Positions 10,001-19,139 of a stretch of DNA of 64,000 nucleotides are shown here, piece by piece. The DNA is taken from the NCBI GenBank assembly GCA_918797485.1, contig CAKKNE010000001.1:3534001-3598000 (forward strand), written 5' to 3'. A program made the position numbers and the translations under genes. Within the stretch, counting starts at the first letter, position 1, and each line of letters opens with the position of its first letter. A model generated the notes under the pieces. That model had not been told where the DNA came from. It searched no databases and was given only the letters and a program-made list of their open reading frames with translations. The stretch is from Pelagomonas calceolata. Lineage: Eukaryota.

Positions 10001-10900
10001 TACTTACCGGAGCATAGGGGCTGTTCCATGAAATTGGACGTCGTCGCGGGGGCCGTCTGGTGCCGTTGTGCGGACTCCATTGTCGAGGCGGCGCCGAACG
10101 GAGTCGTGGCGCGCGTCGCGGGAGACGCATCCAGTGAACCCGTGTCCCTGGACACGGCGTCGGCCTTGTGCTGCGTTTCTTACAAAGAGCTCGTCGCGTT
10201 CGGCTTCGCCGATGGCGTGCGGTGCTGGTCGCATGAGGAGGGGGGCTGGGCGTCAGTCGAGTGCGGTGCGATGGACGAGCCCTGCACGGCGCTGGCCCTC
10301 AACGCTACTAATATCTTCTCGGCCCACGGTGATAAAGTCGCGGCATACAACATAGAGGAGGGGGGTACGACCTCAACAGCACCGGAGACGCGGCAGATTA
10401 TCGAGCTCGCGGCGTTCGCCCACGACAGACCGGCCTGCGCGGCGCGCCTGCAGGACGGCAGCGCCTGCGTCTTTGAGGTCGAGGACGGCGCGCTCGAGGA
10501 GACGCTGCTCGTCGCGGTCGCCGACGCGGTGTCCATCGCGACGTGGCGCGACGCCGTGGTCGCGCTTGATAAAAACGGCGCCGTGTCGTTCCACCGCGGC
10601 GCCGCGGACCCGTGCTACGAAGTAGTAAGCGTGGGCGGCGGCGCGGCTTCTATAAAATGCGGCCCGACGGACCTGCTCGTGGCCTACGCCGATTCGGTCC
10701 GGATCTGGGCCATGGTCGTCGACGACAAACTCGGCCAGGTGCTGCTCACGCCCAAGGCGTCTCTACAGTTGGACGCGGCGCCGGCGCGCGTCGAGGCCGC
10801 CGCGTCGGTGACGCTCGGCCTCGTCGCGACGGCCCAGGGCGCGCTCTGGTACTTTCACGCCGACGCGGCGCACGACGACGAGTTCGGGGACGAGGCCTGA
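7067..10900 (+). CDS. WDR90: WD40-repeat centriolar protein, WDR90/POC16-like
   Basis: N-terminal CFAP20-like region followed by many WD repeats, e.g. WSPYESDRLVSCGRENVRFWRLRHGHLPG and VTAADDGYVRLWP. Confidence 0.75.
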   Translation: MPLVDVNQKPARSRKPAPRSPAAASLQPLVDVFNRLGALGSWDGVGRKGDVARGLDPQLKKIVLTLGGSTARSTLILPKKGELGLKARFVYVQYARASPSKPCSIEIELTRRKTQDSCRVSLSSNTPQDTYKVAGGALRAPLAEHSRWTTSVVDLQGCCDLFHKTDNQSPITVRKITIGGDVKVKGVWTSQKEFTEVDCPVDMRLKTRTPVEFLRFPEKDEGDEEPIVVEEPTPKRAPPPYAPKVLRNASVRASLQCRLGYARAVAWASPTRCVYASGRSLASVDASSGNPISKPLQLNELCTARCHTEAITLVAASNNILATAQSKDEKCRVALWKPGPREDEYITDFAPHARAVTCLAFSHDGGRLCSVGLDAQARAQLVIFDVAKLIQKKRRKDVSTAIIARQLSDFDVSAIAWSPYESDRLVSCGRENVRFWRLRHGHLPGCPALLHEYARDAKFTALCFEPVYGARDGQDVAEALATKSERGDKVVFVAAASGHVLQVSYAQRSLLCVLKLHDGPIRGVAATPGYVVTAADDGYVRLWPPGFADFLMEAKHDAPVVSISVAPDGLRVACGTSRGALGVLDVASHKYGTLVRAHTGAILDIACTSGKFATCGADATVRVWDETTGLQRSELASPDDRALVLAWRPESDDVAVGFASGSVRVFDLDKTETLFDMRQHKAAVSSLQFRSKRHLYSASRDGHLCLYDAQQNFSVVAVVHVDANLPQHAWGPSGGDEHLTLATSPEHSVVACVTSRAPDRVCLFDAASLRKSPLTLDVKEAARWPLKPLVDLYWQNMTLHAVEEDGSVCRCDLSKASLGLKGISGDQPAGKSSSGKATVSDVVLQRVYAARTVYDASEPLVPGRKVSQVSHTGEVLCGLDAKDDRIVHLRAIQKGACADLTCRLDDHASSIRRCAFTPSDRLVTCDATGNLRVWHWERRGEVLPSPKSSPMALGTDDAFCKDQTQLGWDDMGDPAVSAYLPEHRGCSMKLDVVAGAVWCRCADSIVEAAPNGVVARVAGDASSEPVSLDTASALCCVSYKELVAFGFADGVRCWSHEEGGWASVECGAMDEPCTALALNATNIFSAHGDKVAAYNIEEGGTTSTAPETRQIIELAAFAHDRPACAARLQDGSACVFEVEDGALEETLLVAVADAVSIATWRDAVVALDKNGAVSFHRGAADPCYEVVSVGGGAASIKCGPTDLLVAYADSVRIWAMVVDDKLGQVLLTPKASLQLDAAPARVEAAASVTLGLVATAQGALWYFHADAAHDDEFGDEA

Positions 10901-10930
10901 GCCTTCCCTTGACTAACTTTTGCCCCATAC

Positions 10931-11338
10931 TTAATCGCCGGCGAGCCACGGGCTCCCGTCGCTTATCTCATGCACTCGAATTTCATTGACGTCGTGCATG
11001 GCGCACGCCGTCGCGCCGACGACGACGCGCGTCGCCGACGCGGCGGCATTGCTGCTGTACTGCTGCTGTGCGTTGACGAGTTTGCAGAGCGAGTGCGGGT
11101 GCTTGAGGTTTTTATGGTGGATGAGCCGCACGGGCCCGCGCACCAGATGGGCCGCGCCGATCGCCTGGCGCCGCGCGTCGTGGTGCGGGTCGCACGGGGC
11201 GATCTTAAAGTTGTAGTTCGTGGGGAGGGCGTCGACCTCGACGCCGTCCTCGACGAGCAGTCGGGCCGCCCCCAGGTCCAGCGCCGGCTGATCCGTGTAG
11301 GCTGCTGCCACCTCAAGCCCGACGTCGTCGTCGCGCAC
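10931..11338 (-). pseudogene. 5'-truncated gene fragment, possibly glycosyltransferase (GT8-like) C-terminus
   Basis: No ATG start, in-frame stop immediately upstream; TDQPAL...LPTNYNF...LIHH resembles GT8 C-terminal motifs. Confidence 0.35.
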
Positions 11339-11543
11339 TAGTCAGTGAATATTTTATTTTTGCTCCGACCCATTCCTCGGTTCCAAAGAGTGTGCGTCCT
11401 CGATGAGGTGGCGAACTAGTGCGCAGACAGTCGCTCAGCGCGTGTCGGTGCCGCTCGCCTCGCTCAATCATAGCAAAGCACTCGACCCGCAGCTAGCGCC
11501 AGTAAGACACTAGCAAACAACAAAAAATCTTAGCCACACAACT

Positions 11544-12881
11544 CTATCCGACTTTCTCTTCGTCGCGCGGCGACGACGGCAGCGCCACGAAAACCGCCAC
11601 CGCGCCCAGGACGCCGGCGACACCAGCGAGGGCTACGTCGGCGCCCCGCGGCGCGCCCGCGTCGACGACGAGCCCTAGCAGATACGGCACGACGATGTAG
11701 ACGCCGTCGCCGGCCGCGCGCGGCAAAGCCAGCGCCTCGGCCTCGCCGCCCGGCGGCGCGAGGCGTTGCGCCAGAGCCTGGAGCGCCGGGGCTTGGGCGG
11801 CGACGGCCGTAGACCAGAGGATGATGAGTGCGGAGAAAGGCACTGCCGGATCCTCTATTGATAGCGCCGCAGGGACCGCGCTCAACGCGGTGCCGCCCAC
11901 CAGCCCCGAAACAACAGCCGTCGCCCGCGCGCCGACGCGGTCGACGCCAAAGCCCCCCACCGGCGCCCCGACCAAGCCACCAATCCCCGCCAGCGACACG
12001 AGCGCTCCCGCGCCGGCTGCCCCGCCGGGCAGCACCTGCGCGGCCACCAGGGGCACGCTGGCGATCTTCGCCGCGAAGCCAAACCGCGAACAAACCTCCG
12101 CCGCCGTGAGGCCGCGCCATCTTCCATCTTTCAGGAGCAGGAGCCAGTCGACGCTGTCGTCATCATCAATGCGGGCGGCGGTCGCCGTCTCGGGCAGCAG
12201 CGTATAACAACAAGCCGTGACGAGCGCGGCGCCCGTCACCGCCAGGAAGCAGGCCCGCGGTCCGTAGGTTTCTGATAAAAGGCCGCCGAGCGGCGCGCCC
12301 AGGGCGATGCCCGCCGCGGCGGCCGCCTGGTTCGCCGCGATCGCGCGGCCGCGGAGGTCCGGCGCGACATTTCCAAGATCCGCGAGGAGGCCCCGCTCGG
12401 CCGATTCCGAGACGCAGCGGCCGGCGCCGAGGCCGAGTCGCGCAATCACCAAAGGCGCCAGCGACGACGCGAGCGCGGTGCCGGCGTCGCTGAGCGCGAT
12501 GAACAGCATGCCTCCAATAAGTGCCGGCTTTCGCGCCTTGTCCGCGTAGGCGCCTCCAATTTTAGCGCCGAGCAGCAGCGCGAGGGCCGGTGCGGAGACG
12601 ACGACGCCGCTCGCGGCCGCCGATAGCCCCAGCGTCTCGCGGCCGTAGATGGCGACCACCGGGATGACCGCGCCGACGCCAACAAAAAGAATCACTTGCG
12701 CGGCGATGAGCGTCGCGAGCGTTCGCTGCACGTCGATTTCGTTGCTGTTCGGTGCAGCCGTCAGGCTCACTCGTCTTCTCGCAGCATCGATGGCGTGTGG
12801 CTTGAGCGTCGGCCTGGGAGGGTGCAAGAATGCGTTGGCAAGCATTAGCATCAGTGCTCCAGTAAAGCGATGCCGAGCCAT
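11544..12881 (-). CDS. MFS transporter with bipartite (signal + transit) leader
   Basis: About 12 hydrophobic segments; ADKARK and VDRVGAR loop motifs; ARLGLGAG; leader ends ANA-F. Confidence 0.85.
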   Translation of the reverse strand: MARHRFTGALMLMLANAFLHPPRPTLKPHAIDAARRRVSLTAAPNSNEIDVQRTLATLIAAQVILFVGVGAVIPVVAIYGRETLGLSAAASGVVVSAPALALLLGAKIGGAYADKARKPALIGGMLFIALSDAGTALASSLAPLVIARLGLGAGRCVSESAERGLLADLGNVAPDLRGRAIAANQAAAAAGIALGAPLGGLLSETYGPRACFLAVTGAALVTACCYTLLPETATAARIDDDDSVDWLLLLKDGRWRGLTAAEVCSRFGFAAKIASVPLVAAQVLPGGAAGAGALVSLAGIGGLVGAPVGGFGVDRVGARATAVVSGLVGGTALSAVPAALSIEDPAVPFSALIILWSTAVAAQAPALQALAQRLAPPGGEAEALALPRAAGDGVYIVVPYLLGLVVDAGAPRGADVALAGVAGVLGAVAVFVALPSSPRDEEKVG

Positions 12882-12938
12882 GCTGCTGGTGCACTCACTC
12901 CATGCATGCGTTCAGCCCCAGCCCACTCAGCCCGCTTC

Positions 12939-12960
12939 CTAGTGTGTTACAGGACGCTAG
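12939..12960. promoter_or_regulatory. Representative copy of the recurrent CTAG-bounded intergenic motif
   Basis: CTAGTGTGTTACAGGACGCTAG; 21/22 identical to 46463-46484 and to the reverse complement of 574-595. Confidence 0.6.
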
Positions 12961-13078
12961 CTTCACTGCTTTTGGTCGAGTGCTCTTGAGCGAGGTGAGC
13001 GGCGCCGACGTGCACTGAGCTTCTGTCTGGGCCATATTTCGTCTCCCGATCATCGAGACGCATTGACTTGCCGAAGGA

Positions 13079-13309
13079 ATGGGCCGGAATAAAAGCAATT
13101 ACAAAATTCATGACGAGCTGCGGCGCGACCCCGTCGGCGTCGTCTCGCGGATCTACGCCTTCCTGGGCGTCGAACCGCACGAGACGCGGCCGGACCTCTA
13201 CGCTCGGTCCATGCGGAAGCCGCTTAGCGAGTACGTGGAGAACCTCGACGAGGTCCGCGAGGCGCTCCGCGGGACGCCCTGGGCCGCGGACCCCGTTCTA
13301 ACAGCCTAG
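13079..13309 (+). pseudogene. Sulfotransferase C-terminal fragment
   Basis: DELRRDPVGVVSRIYAFLGV...LSEYVENLDEVREALRGT matches sulfotransferase C-termini; no start codon or N-terminal domain. Confidence 0.5.
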
Positions 13310-13779
13310 TACTTTATCCTCGAAAAGCGATTCGCTAGGCTCGTCTTCGAGTCGAGCGCCGACGCGTCGCCGGTTTCGCGCCGGGCTGGTCGGCGCTTCC
13401 GTCGTGGAGTCTTGTCGTCCTCGTCCTCGTCCTCGACGTCCTCGACGTAGTCGATCCGCTCGTCGACCTCCTCCACGTCCTCGCTGTAGTCCGCGCTACT
13501 CAGTCGTCGGCGTCGCTCGTCGTCGCCGTCGCTTGATGCTCTCCGTCGACGGTTCGTCGCCGGGCGCTTGCCGCGCTCCGTCGACGGAGCGGGCTCGGCG
13601 GCAACGTTGTCCTCGCGGACCCTCTTTCCTATCCGCGCCGACGACTCGGCCGCAGCTGCCGTCACATCTCGCGCGGCGGCCTGGGCGGCGCGAAGCCGAG
13701 CGCGCAGCCTCCCGGGAGACGTTGGGGGAGATGCGGGCTGCCCCTCCACTGGTGCACAGCCCATGACTTGCGCACTCAT
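13306..13779 (-). CDS. Hypothetical low-complexity charged protein
   Basis: ATG-initiated 157-aa ORF with acidic and basic tracts. Confidence 0.5.
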   Translation of the reverse strand: MSAQVMGCAPVEGQPASPPTSPGRLRARLRAAQAAARDVTAAAAESSARIGKRVREDNVAAEPAPSTERGKRPATNRRRRASSDGDDERRRRLSSADYSEDVEEVDERIDYVEDVEDEDEDDKTPRRKRRPARRETGDASALDSKTSLANRFSRIKY

Positions 13780-14055
13780 TGGATCAAAACGCAGCGGACT
13801 GACGCTTCTGCTGCGCTCTCACGATGCTCTGGATGCAACCTGGTCCATTTTGCTAGTAAGACGTACTAGCCCTCCGTGCTGAGAGTCTGAACGCCGAACG
13901 CGTCGCGTCGATGGCGTTTTCGTGGGGTAGAAGTACTCGGCGTCCACGGGTAGAGGTATTCGCGACAACTACCCCAGCACGCCGTCGCCGCGACACGAGG
14001 AAGTTCGGAGGAACGAACGACGGAAACGTGCTTAAAAAGTTACAACAGATGACTA

Positions 14056-15489
14056 CTACACCGTGACATTCGCCGTCGCGTTCGCACCAACAAGGGCCGC
14101 CGCGAGCGCGCCGCAGCCCCCGAGCACCTCCCCCCGCGACGCCAGGGCCCACGTCGCGTCGCTTTCGCGGAACTCGCAGGTCAGCGCGGCCGTCGGCTCC
14201 ACGTCGCAGAACCAGGCCTGGTGGCAGCAGGGCCGCACGCCGAAGCCGTAGGCGTCGTACCAGCCCCGCGACAATGGTTTAGGTGGATAGACCGCCGCGT
14301 ACCACGTTATTCCAAACGCAAATAAGAAAATTGAAAGGACCAGTGCCAGGAACACGGCGGGCCGGCCGAGGCGCCTCACAAAATCCGAATTCGATCGAGC
14401 CGGCCGCCGCCGCAGAATGACCACACCCAATAACAACCCCGCCGCCGCGCCTCCCACATGAGAGGCATAACTCACTCCAGCTTCGCGCGTCAGCGCCCAC
14501 TGGAGCACGTCCGCTCCGAGTATAAACGCAAAAACAACAAGCCGCGTCCTCCTATCAAAAACGCCGTGCCTTAACCGGTCCCAGTCCTTGAAAATGGCTC
14601 CCACGTGCCCACCCATAAAAGCATAGGCGCCGCCCGACGCGCCGATGACGACGGCGTAGGCGTCGCAGACGGCGCATGTTAACGCGCCTGCGACGACGCC
14701 CGCGCTGTGCACGACCAAGATCTTTGGTGTGCCGTGCGCGAGCTCCATGGGCAAACCAAACACGATCTGGGTCAAGGCGTTCGCTATGAGGTGGAGCCAG
14801 CTGCCGTGGACGAACTGATACAAGATGAGGCGGTAGAATTCGGATCTCGAATCTTCGCAATGCGGCCAGGGGCCCACTAATCTATAAACAATTCTGTTCG
14901 GTGTGGATGTCCCCTGCTCGGCTCCTGACGCTGTGTAGCGCCTCGTCCAGATCGCGCAGGCGATTTGTATCGTAACTAACGTGAGCACGCCCTTCGGGAG
15001 CCGGTCGTCGGTCAACACATCTTCCTTCACCAACGTCGCGGGCACCTCCCTCAGTACGACGTCGTCTCCTAATGTCTTTTTTATGATGACGTTCGACGGG
15101 ACCCACCAGCGCTCCTCTGCGGGATACCCCGGCGGCGGCGCGTGCTTGTCTTCCCTCCGATAGGGCCCGTCGGCGTACCTTATGTCGTAACCATCGGCAG
15201 AGTAGCCTTCTACAATTCCCCGTATGAAGCCGCCTTGATCTCGACTCATCAGCATCTTGTCCGAGAAGCGGCCTCGATGTGTCTCCTCTTCTTGTGTCGT
15301 CTCGACGACGTAATCGTTTGATAAGACGACCTCGCACCTCGAGCCGGTCGCGAGCGGCGCCCAGACCGGCGCCGGCGCGACCCTCGGCCCTCCTCGTTTG
15401 TCTTCGAGGTGGCGCTCGCCATAGAACAGGAGGAGGCGGTCGCGCCAGCTGCGGTGTACACGGCGCGGCTCCTCTTTTGACTCCTCCAT
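14056..15489 (-). CDS. Rhomboid-family intramembrane serine protease
   Basis: YQFVHGSWLHLIAN, GASGG catalytic Ser, SHVGGAAAG catalytic His, multiple TM helices. Confidence 0.9.
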   Translation of the reverse strand: MEESKEEPRRVHRSWRDRLLLFYGERHLEDKRGGPRVAPAPVWAPLATGSRCEVVLSNDYVVETTQEEETHRGRFSDKMLMSRDQGGFIRGIVEGYSADGYDIRYADGPYRREDKHAPPPGYPAEERWWVPSNVIIKKTLGDDVVLREVPATLVKEDVLTDDRLPKGVLTLVTIQIACAIWTRRYTASGAEQGTSTPNRIVYRLVGPWPHCEDSRSEFYRLILYQFVHGSWLHLIANALTQIVFGLPMELAHGTPKILVVHSAGVVAGALTCAVCDAYAVVIGASGGAYAFMGGHVGAIFKDWDRLRHGVFDRRTRLVVFAFILGADVLQWALTREAGVSYASHVGGAAAGLLLGVVILRRRPARSNSDFVRRLGRPAVFLALVLSIFLFAFGITWYAAVYPPKPLSRGWYDAYGFGVRPCCHQAWFCDVEPTAALTCEFRESDATWALASRGEVLGGCGALAAALVGANATANVTV

Positions 15490-15791
15490 TTGCGCAGGCC
15501 GTGCGCGTGCGGCCCAAGCGGCGCCGCTGGGGTGTTGTCTGCAGCCGCGGTCAGTTGTTACACATCAGTGCGAGCTGCCCCGCGGGCCGGGAACATGGTC
15601 CGCCGCCGCTTTGGTTCGTTTTCAATGGCTGGGGCAGGCGCTAGGCGCTCGGAGTCCCATGAGCGTTTGCGGCATTATTTTGTCTAGTATGCCACTACGC
15701 TAGCTCGGCTGCCCGGAATTTAGCCCGTGCAGCGGCCCAGACCATCGCATCGATCGAATACGTCCTCGGTGCAGCATTTCGAGGCTGCCCG

Positions 15792-17228
15792 ATGGCCGCC
15801 AACGCCTTCGCCCAGCGTGGCAGCACCAAGGGCGGTCTGTTCGAAAAGGAGTGGTTCCGCCACCTCGACGCGCGGCAAGAGGTGCTAAGGAAGACCGAGA
15901 GCCTCTGGTCCGACCGGTCGAGGCCGCCACGCAAGCCGAAAGCGCTGCCGCCTGCGCGCGCCTGGGCGCCGGGCGACGCGCGAACGCCAGTGATCATCGT
16001 GACCGGGCCCCTCGGCGGCGGCAAGTCGTCGGTCGTCGGCCACCTGGCCGCGCGGGACGCGCTCGTCGTCACGCACAGATACTGGCAGGACTGGGGCACC
16101 ACGCCGCCGCCTCCGCACGACGATGGAATCGATCGCGCGAGCGTTTTCGACTTCGGAAACGCGTGCGTCTGCTGCGCGCCGGACGGGGACCTCCAGGCGC
16201 TCCTCACGAAGAAATCGGCCCGGTCCGTCCTCATCGAAACCACGGGCACGGCGGACCCGGCGCTGTTCGCGCGAGTCCTCCACCAGGACGCAATCTTAAG
16301 GGAGTTGTACGTCCTGCGGTCCGTCGTGTTCGTCGCCGACGCAAGAGACGTAAGAAAACAGCTGGCGGCCCCGGACAGCCCCGGCGCGCCGAACCCCCAC
16401 CGCCTCCAGCTGCTGGCCGCGAACCACGCTGTGTTGACTCGCGGCGACGACGACATTACGCTGCCCGGGTTCGCCGGCACGGTCGACCACGGTCTGCCCG
16501 GGCGCGGCGCCCTTGGTGGCTTCGACGCGACGGCCGTCGTCGAGAGGCGAATGGATTTCCTTGGCGTTGACCCGACGCGGCCGTGCCGGTTCGTGCGGCC
16601 GGTCGTGTCGTTCGCGCCGTCCGACGGCGTGCTGCGGGCCGTGGCCGTCGTGGAGCAGGGCGCGGCGCGCGACGCCGACGTGTTGGCATTCGCGGAGGAG
16701 CTCGCCGCATCTTCCGCGGTCGCGAGATTTCGCGTCGCCGCCGACGGCGCTGCGACCGGCGTGCTCCTCATCGATGGCGGCCGCGCCGGCGATGCGTTGC
16801 GCATTGTCCGCCGCGATGGGGGCGTCGAACCGGACGACGACGCGTCGACGGCGTCGTCCGAGGCCTCGGAAGTCGTCGATGCGGGCGACTGGCGCCGCGA
16901 AGCCGCTCCGCAGCTCCGGCTCTTCGTACTGGGCACGAAGCTCGACGCCGCGTCGCTGCGAGAAGGATTGCGAGCGTGCCTCGTGCCGGAGGGCTTCCGC
17001 TACGCGGCCGACGAGGAACTGGACTTTGGGGTTTGTTCCGACGACGACCCGCTCTCGCGCTGCCTCGCCGGCGCGCCCGCCGAGGCCAAGGACCGTATCT
17101 ACACAAACGTCGACGGCGAGTCGATCGAGATCGCGCGTGCAGGACCCCGACGGTACACGGCGACGGATGCCGCCGGCGCTTCCCTGGAAGTCGTCCGGCT
17201 GTTCGAGAGCGCGCTATATGTTAAGTGA
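15792..17228 (+). CDS. Divergent CobW/COG0523-family GTPase
   Basis: VTGPLGGGKS, CVCC, ETTGTADP; G4 motif degenerate (LTRGD). Confidence 0.75.
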   Translation: MAANAFAQRGSTKGGLFEKEWFRHLDARQEVLRKTESLWSDRSRPPRKPKALPPARAWAPGDARTPVIIVTGPLGGGKSSVVGHLAARDALVVTHRYWQDWGTTPPPPHDDGIDRASVFDFGNACVCCAPDGDLQALLTKKSARSVLIETTGTADPALFARVLHQDAILRELYVLRSVVFVADARDVRKQLAAPDSPGAPNPHRLQLLAANHAVLTRGDDDITLPGFAGTVDHGLPGRGALGGFDATAVVERRMDFLGVDPTRPCRFVRPVVSFAPSDGVLRAVAVVEQGAARDADVLAFAEELAASSAVARFRVAADGAATGVLLIDGGRAGDALRIVRRDGGVEPDDDASTASSEASEVVDAGDWRREAAPQLRLFVLGTKLDAASLREGLRACLVPEGFRYAADEELDFGVCSDDDPLSRCLAGAPAEAKDRIYTNVDGESIEIARAGPRRYTATDAAGASLEVVRLFESALYVK

Positions 17229-17234
17229 CACATG

Positions 17235-17816
17235 TTATGACTTATCCGTGGCGCCGTTGCGTATCCTTTCGAGCAGCATCTTCTGGTGCTCCGTCAGCTC
17301 CTTCTTCTTGCTGCGGTTCGGGTCGGCCTTCGCAGGCTTCGCCTTCGGCGCTTCGGATGATGCGCCGTCGCCTATCTGGTACCCCTTGTTTCCGAAATTG
17401 AGCCATCTCCCATAAGACGCCGCTCTATTGACGTACGACGGGATGCCGCACCCGACGAGCGCCCGACAGAACACGTCCGCGAAGTGATTGCAATTCTTTC
17501 CCGTAAGCGAATAAGACCCGGGCGGGAACGCCCGCCTCAATTCATTCAGGACGCCGTTGAATTCGTTCGTGGACCCGACGTGCACGCCGAGAAATTTGGA
17601 CTCCTTCAGCACGCACTGCGGCTCGTCTCCGCGCGTGCATTCGTGCGGCCGCGTCTGGAAGACGCCGCCGTCGTTGAACGAGAATTCTCTGCCTGACACT
17701 TCGACACCGGAATGGTGCAGGCCCAGGCTGAGCGAGCTGAGGATCGAGTTCGTGCGCCCCCCCACACCAGTAAAAGTGTAGACGTGCAGCGTGACCTGGC
17801 GCTCATGAGAAGCCAT
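17235..17816 (-). CDS. PPPDE/DeSI-family peptidase
   Basis: LHVY...GLHHSGVEV...EFSF...YSLTGKNCNHF, His/Cys dyad. Confidence 0.9.
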   Translation of the reverse strand: MASHERQVTLHVYTFTGVGGRTNSILSSLSLGLHHSGVEVSGREFSFNDGGVFQTRPHECTRGDEPQCVLKESKFLGVHVGSTNEFNGVLNELRRAFPPGSYSLTGKNCNHFADVFCRALVGCGIPSYVNRAASYGRWLNFGNKGYQIGDGASSEAPKAKPAKADPNRSKKKELTEHQKMLLERIRNGATDKS

Positions 17817-18096
17817 TTTGGCTCTGCTGCTTAGATGTGGTTTGCGCCCTTGTAAACACTTTCTGCAGCTCGAATCTGATCAATAACTGATGAATACGGC
17901 GAGCGTTAGGTCCTACAGGCCTCAGCGTGGACAGCCGCGTTTTTACCGACCTAGCGTATCGAGACACACTAGGCGCACTCGAGCTCGCAAAGCTTGTGCG
18001 AGTGCTTTCAGCCTTCCCTGCGTTGGTGCGGCCCAGATCTCGCGAGCAGCTCGCCCCGCAGCCACAGTACGCCAGCAGAAACGCCGGCGAGGCAGG

Positions 18097-19128
18097 ATGG
18101 CCGAGCTCGCCAGCAAAATGGACAAAATGGACACGGACGCGCGCGTGCCCGTCACCGTATTGATCGGCTACCTCGGAGCGGGCAAGACGACGCTACTCAA
18201 TAGAATCCTGACGGAGAAGCAAGACACGAAATACGCGGTCATCGTGAACGAGTTCGGGGAATTGGGCATCGACGATCGATTAGTTAGACGTAGAGTCAAC
18301 GCGGAGGAGGACATCTTCGAGATGAATAACGGGTGCATTTGCTGTACGGTGCGGGCGGATCTATCGAGAATCCTAAATAAACTACTGCAGCCGGGGATGA
18401 AGCCGTTGGACGGGGTCATCGTAGAAACCACAGGTCTGGCGGACCCGGCGCCCGTGGCCCAGACGTTCTTCGTTGACGAGGTGCTGAAGGAACGGGCTCG
18501 GTTAGATGCCCTCGTTACTGTGGTTGATGCCAAGCACGCTTTGACGAGACTGGGTGAGATCAAGCCGGAGGGCGTGGAAAACGAAGCGGTGGAACAAGTA
18601 GCCTTTGCTGATAGAATATTGGTGAATAAGTGCGACCTTGTCGACGAGGAACAACTACAGCGAGTAGAAGCCAAACTTAGAAGTTTAAACAAGCTCGCAC
18701 CGCTCGTACGTTGTACGAAGGGCGCGGGCTTCGCGCTGGACTTCGTGCTGGGCGTGAAAGCGTTTTCTCTGGCAAAAGTGCTGGACATGGAGCCCGACTT
18801 CCTCGACGAGGACGGCGAGCACCAGCACGACTCTTCTATAACGTCCGTCGGTCTGAAAGCCAGTAAACCGTTAGACATGGTCTCGATAAACGGCTGGCTG
18901 ACGGAACTATTAGCCTCCAAGGGCGTCGACATCTTCCGCATGAAGGGCATCCTGCATATCCAGGGGCAAGAGCGCAAGTTCGTCTTCCAGGGCGTGCACA
19001 TGCTCTTTAGTGGCGAGCCGCTGGAAGAATGGGGGGTTGATGAGGTCAGGGAGTCGCGGCTCGTGTTCATCGGGCGCAACCTCAAGTTCGAGGAGCTCGA
19101 CGCGGGGCTCAAGGACTGCTTAGCCTAG
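18097..19128 (+). CDS. CobW/COG0523 (ZNG1-like) metallochaperone GTPase
   Basis: GYLGAGKTT, NEFGE, GCICCTVR, ETTGLADP, NKCD, FRMKG, FQGVH, LVFIGR. Confidence 0.93.
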   Translation: MAELASKMDKMDTDARVPVTVLIGYLGAGKTTLLNRILTEKQDTKYAVIVNEFGELGIDDRLVRRRVNAEEDIFEMNNGCICCTVRADLSRILNKLLQPGMKPLDGVIVETTGLADPAPVAQTFFVDEVLKERARLDALVTVVDAKHALTRLGEIKPEGVENEAVEQVAFADRILVNKCDLVDEEQLQRVEAKLRSLNKLAPLVRCTKGAGFALDFVLGVKAFSLAKVLDMEPDFLDEDGEHQHDSSITSVGLKASKPLDMVSINGWLTELLASKGVDIFRMKGILHIQGQERKFVFQGVHMLFSGEPLEEWGVDEVRESRLVFIGRNLKFEELDAGLKDCLA

Positions 19129-19139
19129 CCCCCCTTGTT

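Noticed and set aside
15695..16936. Long antisense and alternate-frame ORFs (also 20566-21426, 22545-23522, 40114-41349, 50360-51037, 57364-58287)
   Set aside because: Shadow ORFs expected in GC-rich coding DNA; Arg/Ala/Ser-rich with no motifs and overlapping well-supported genes.
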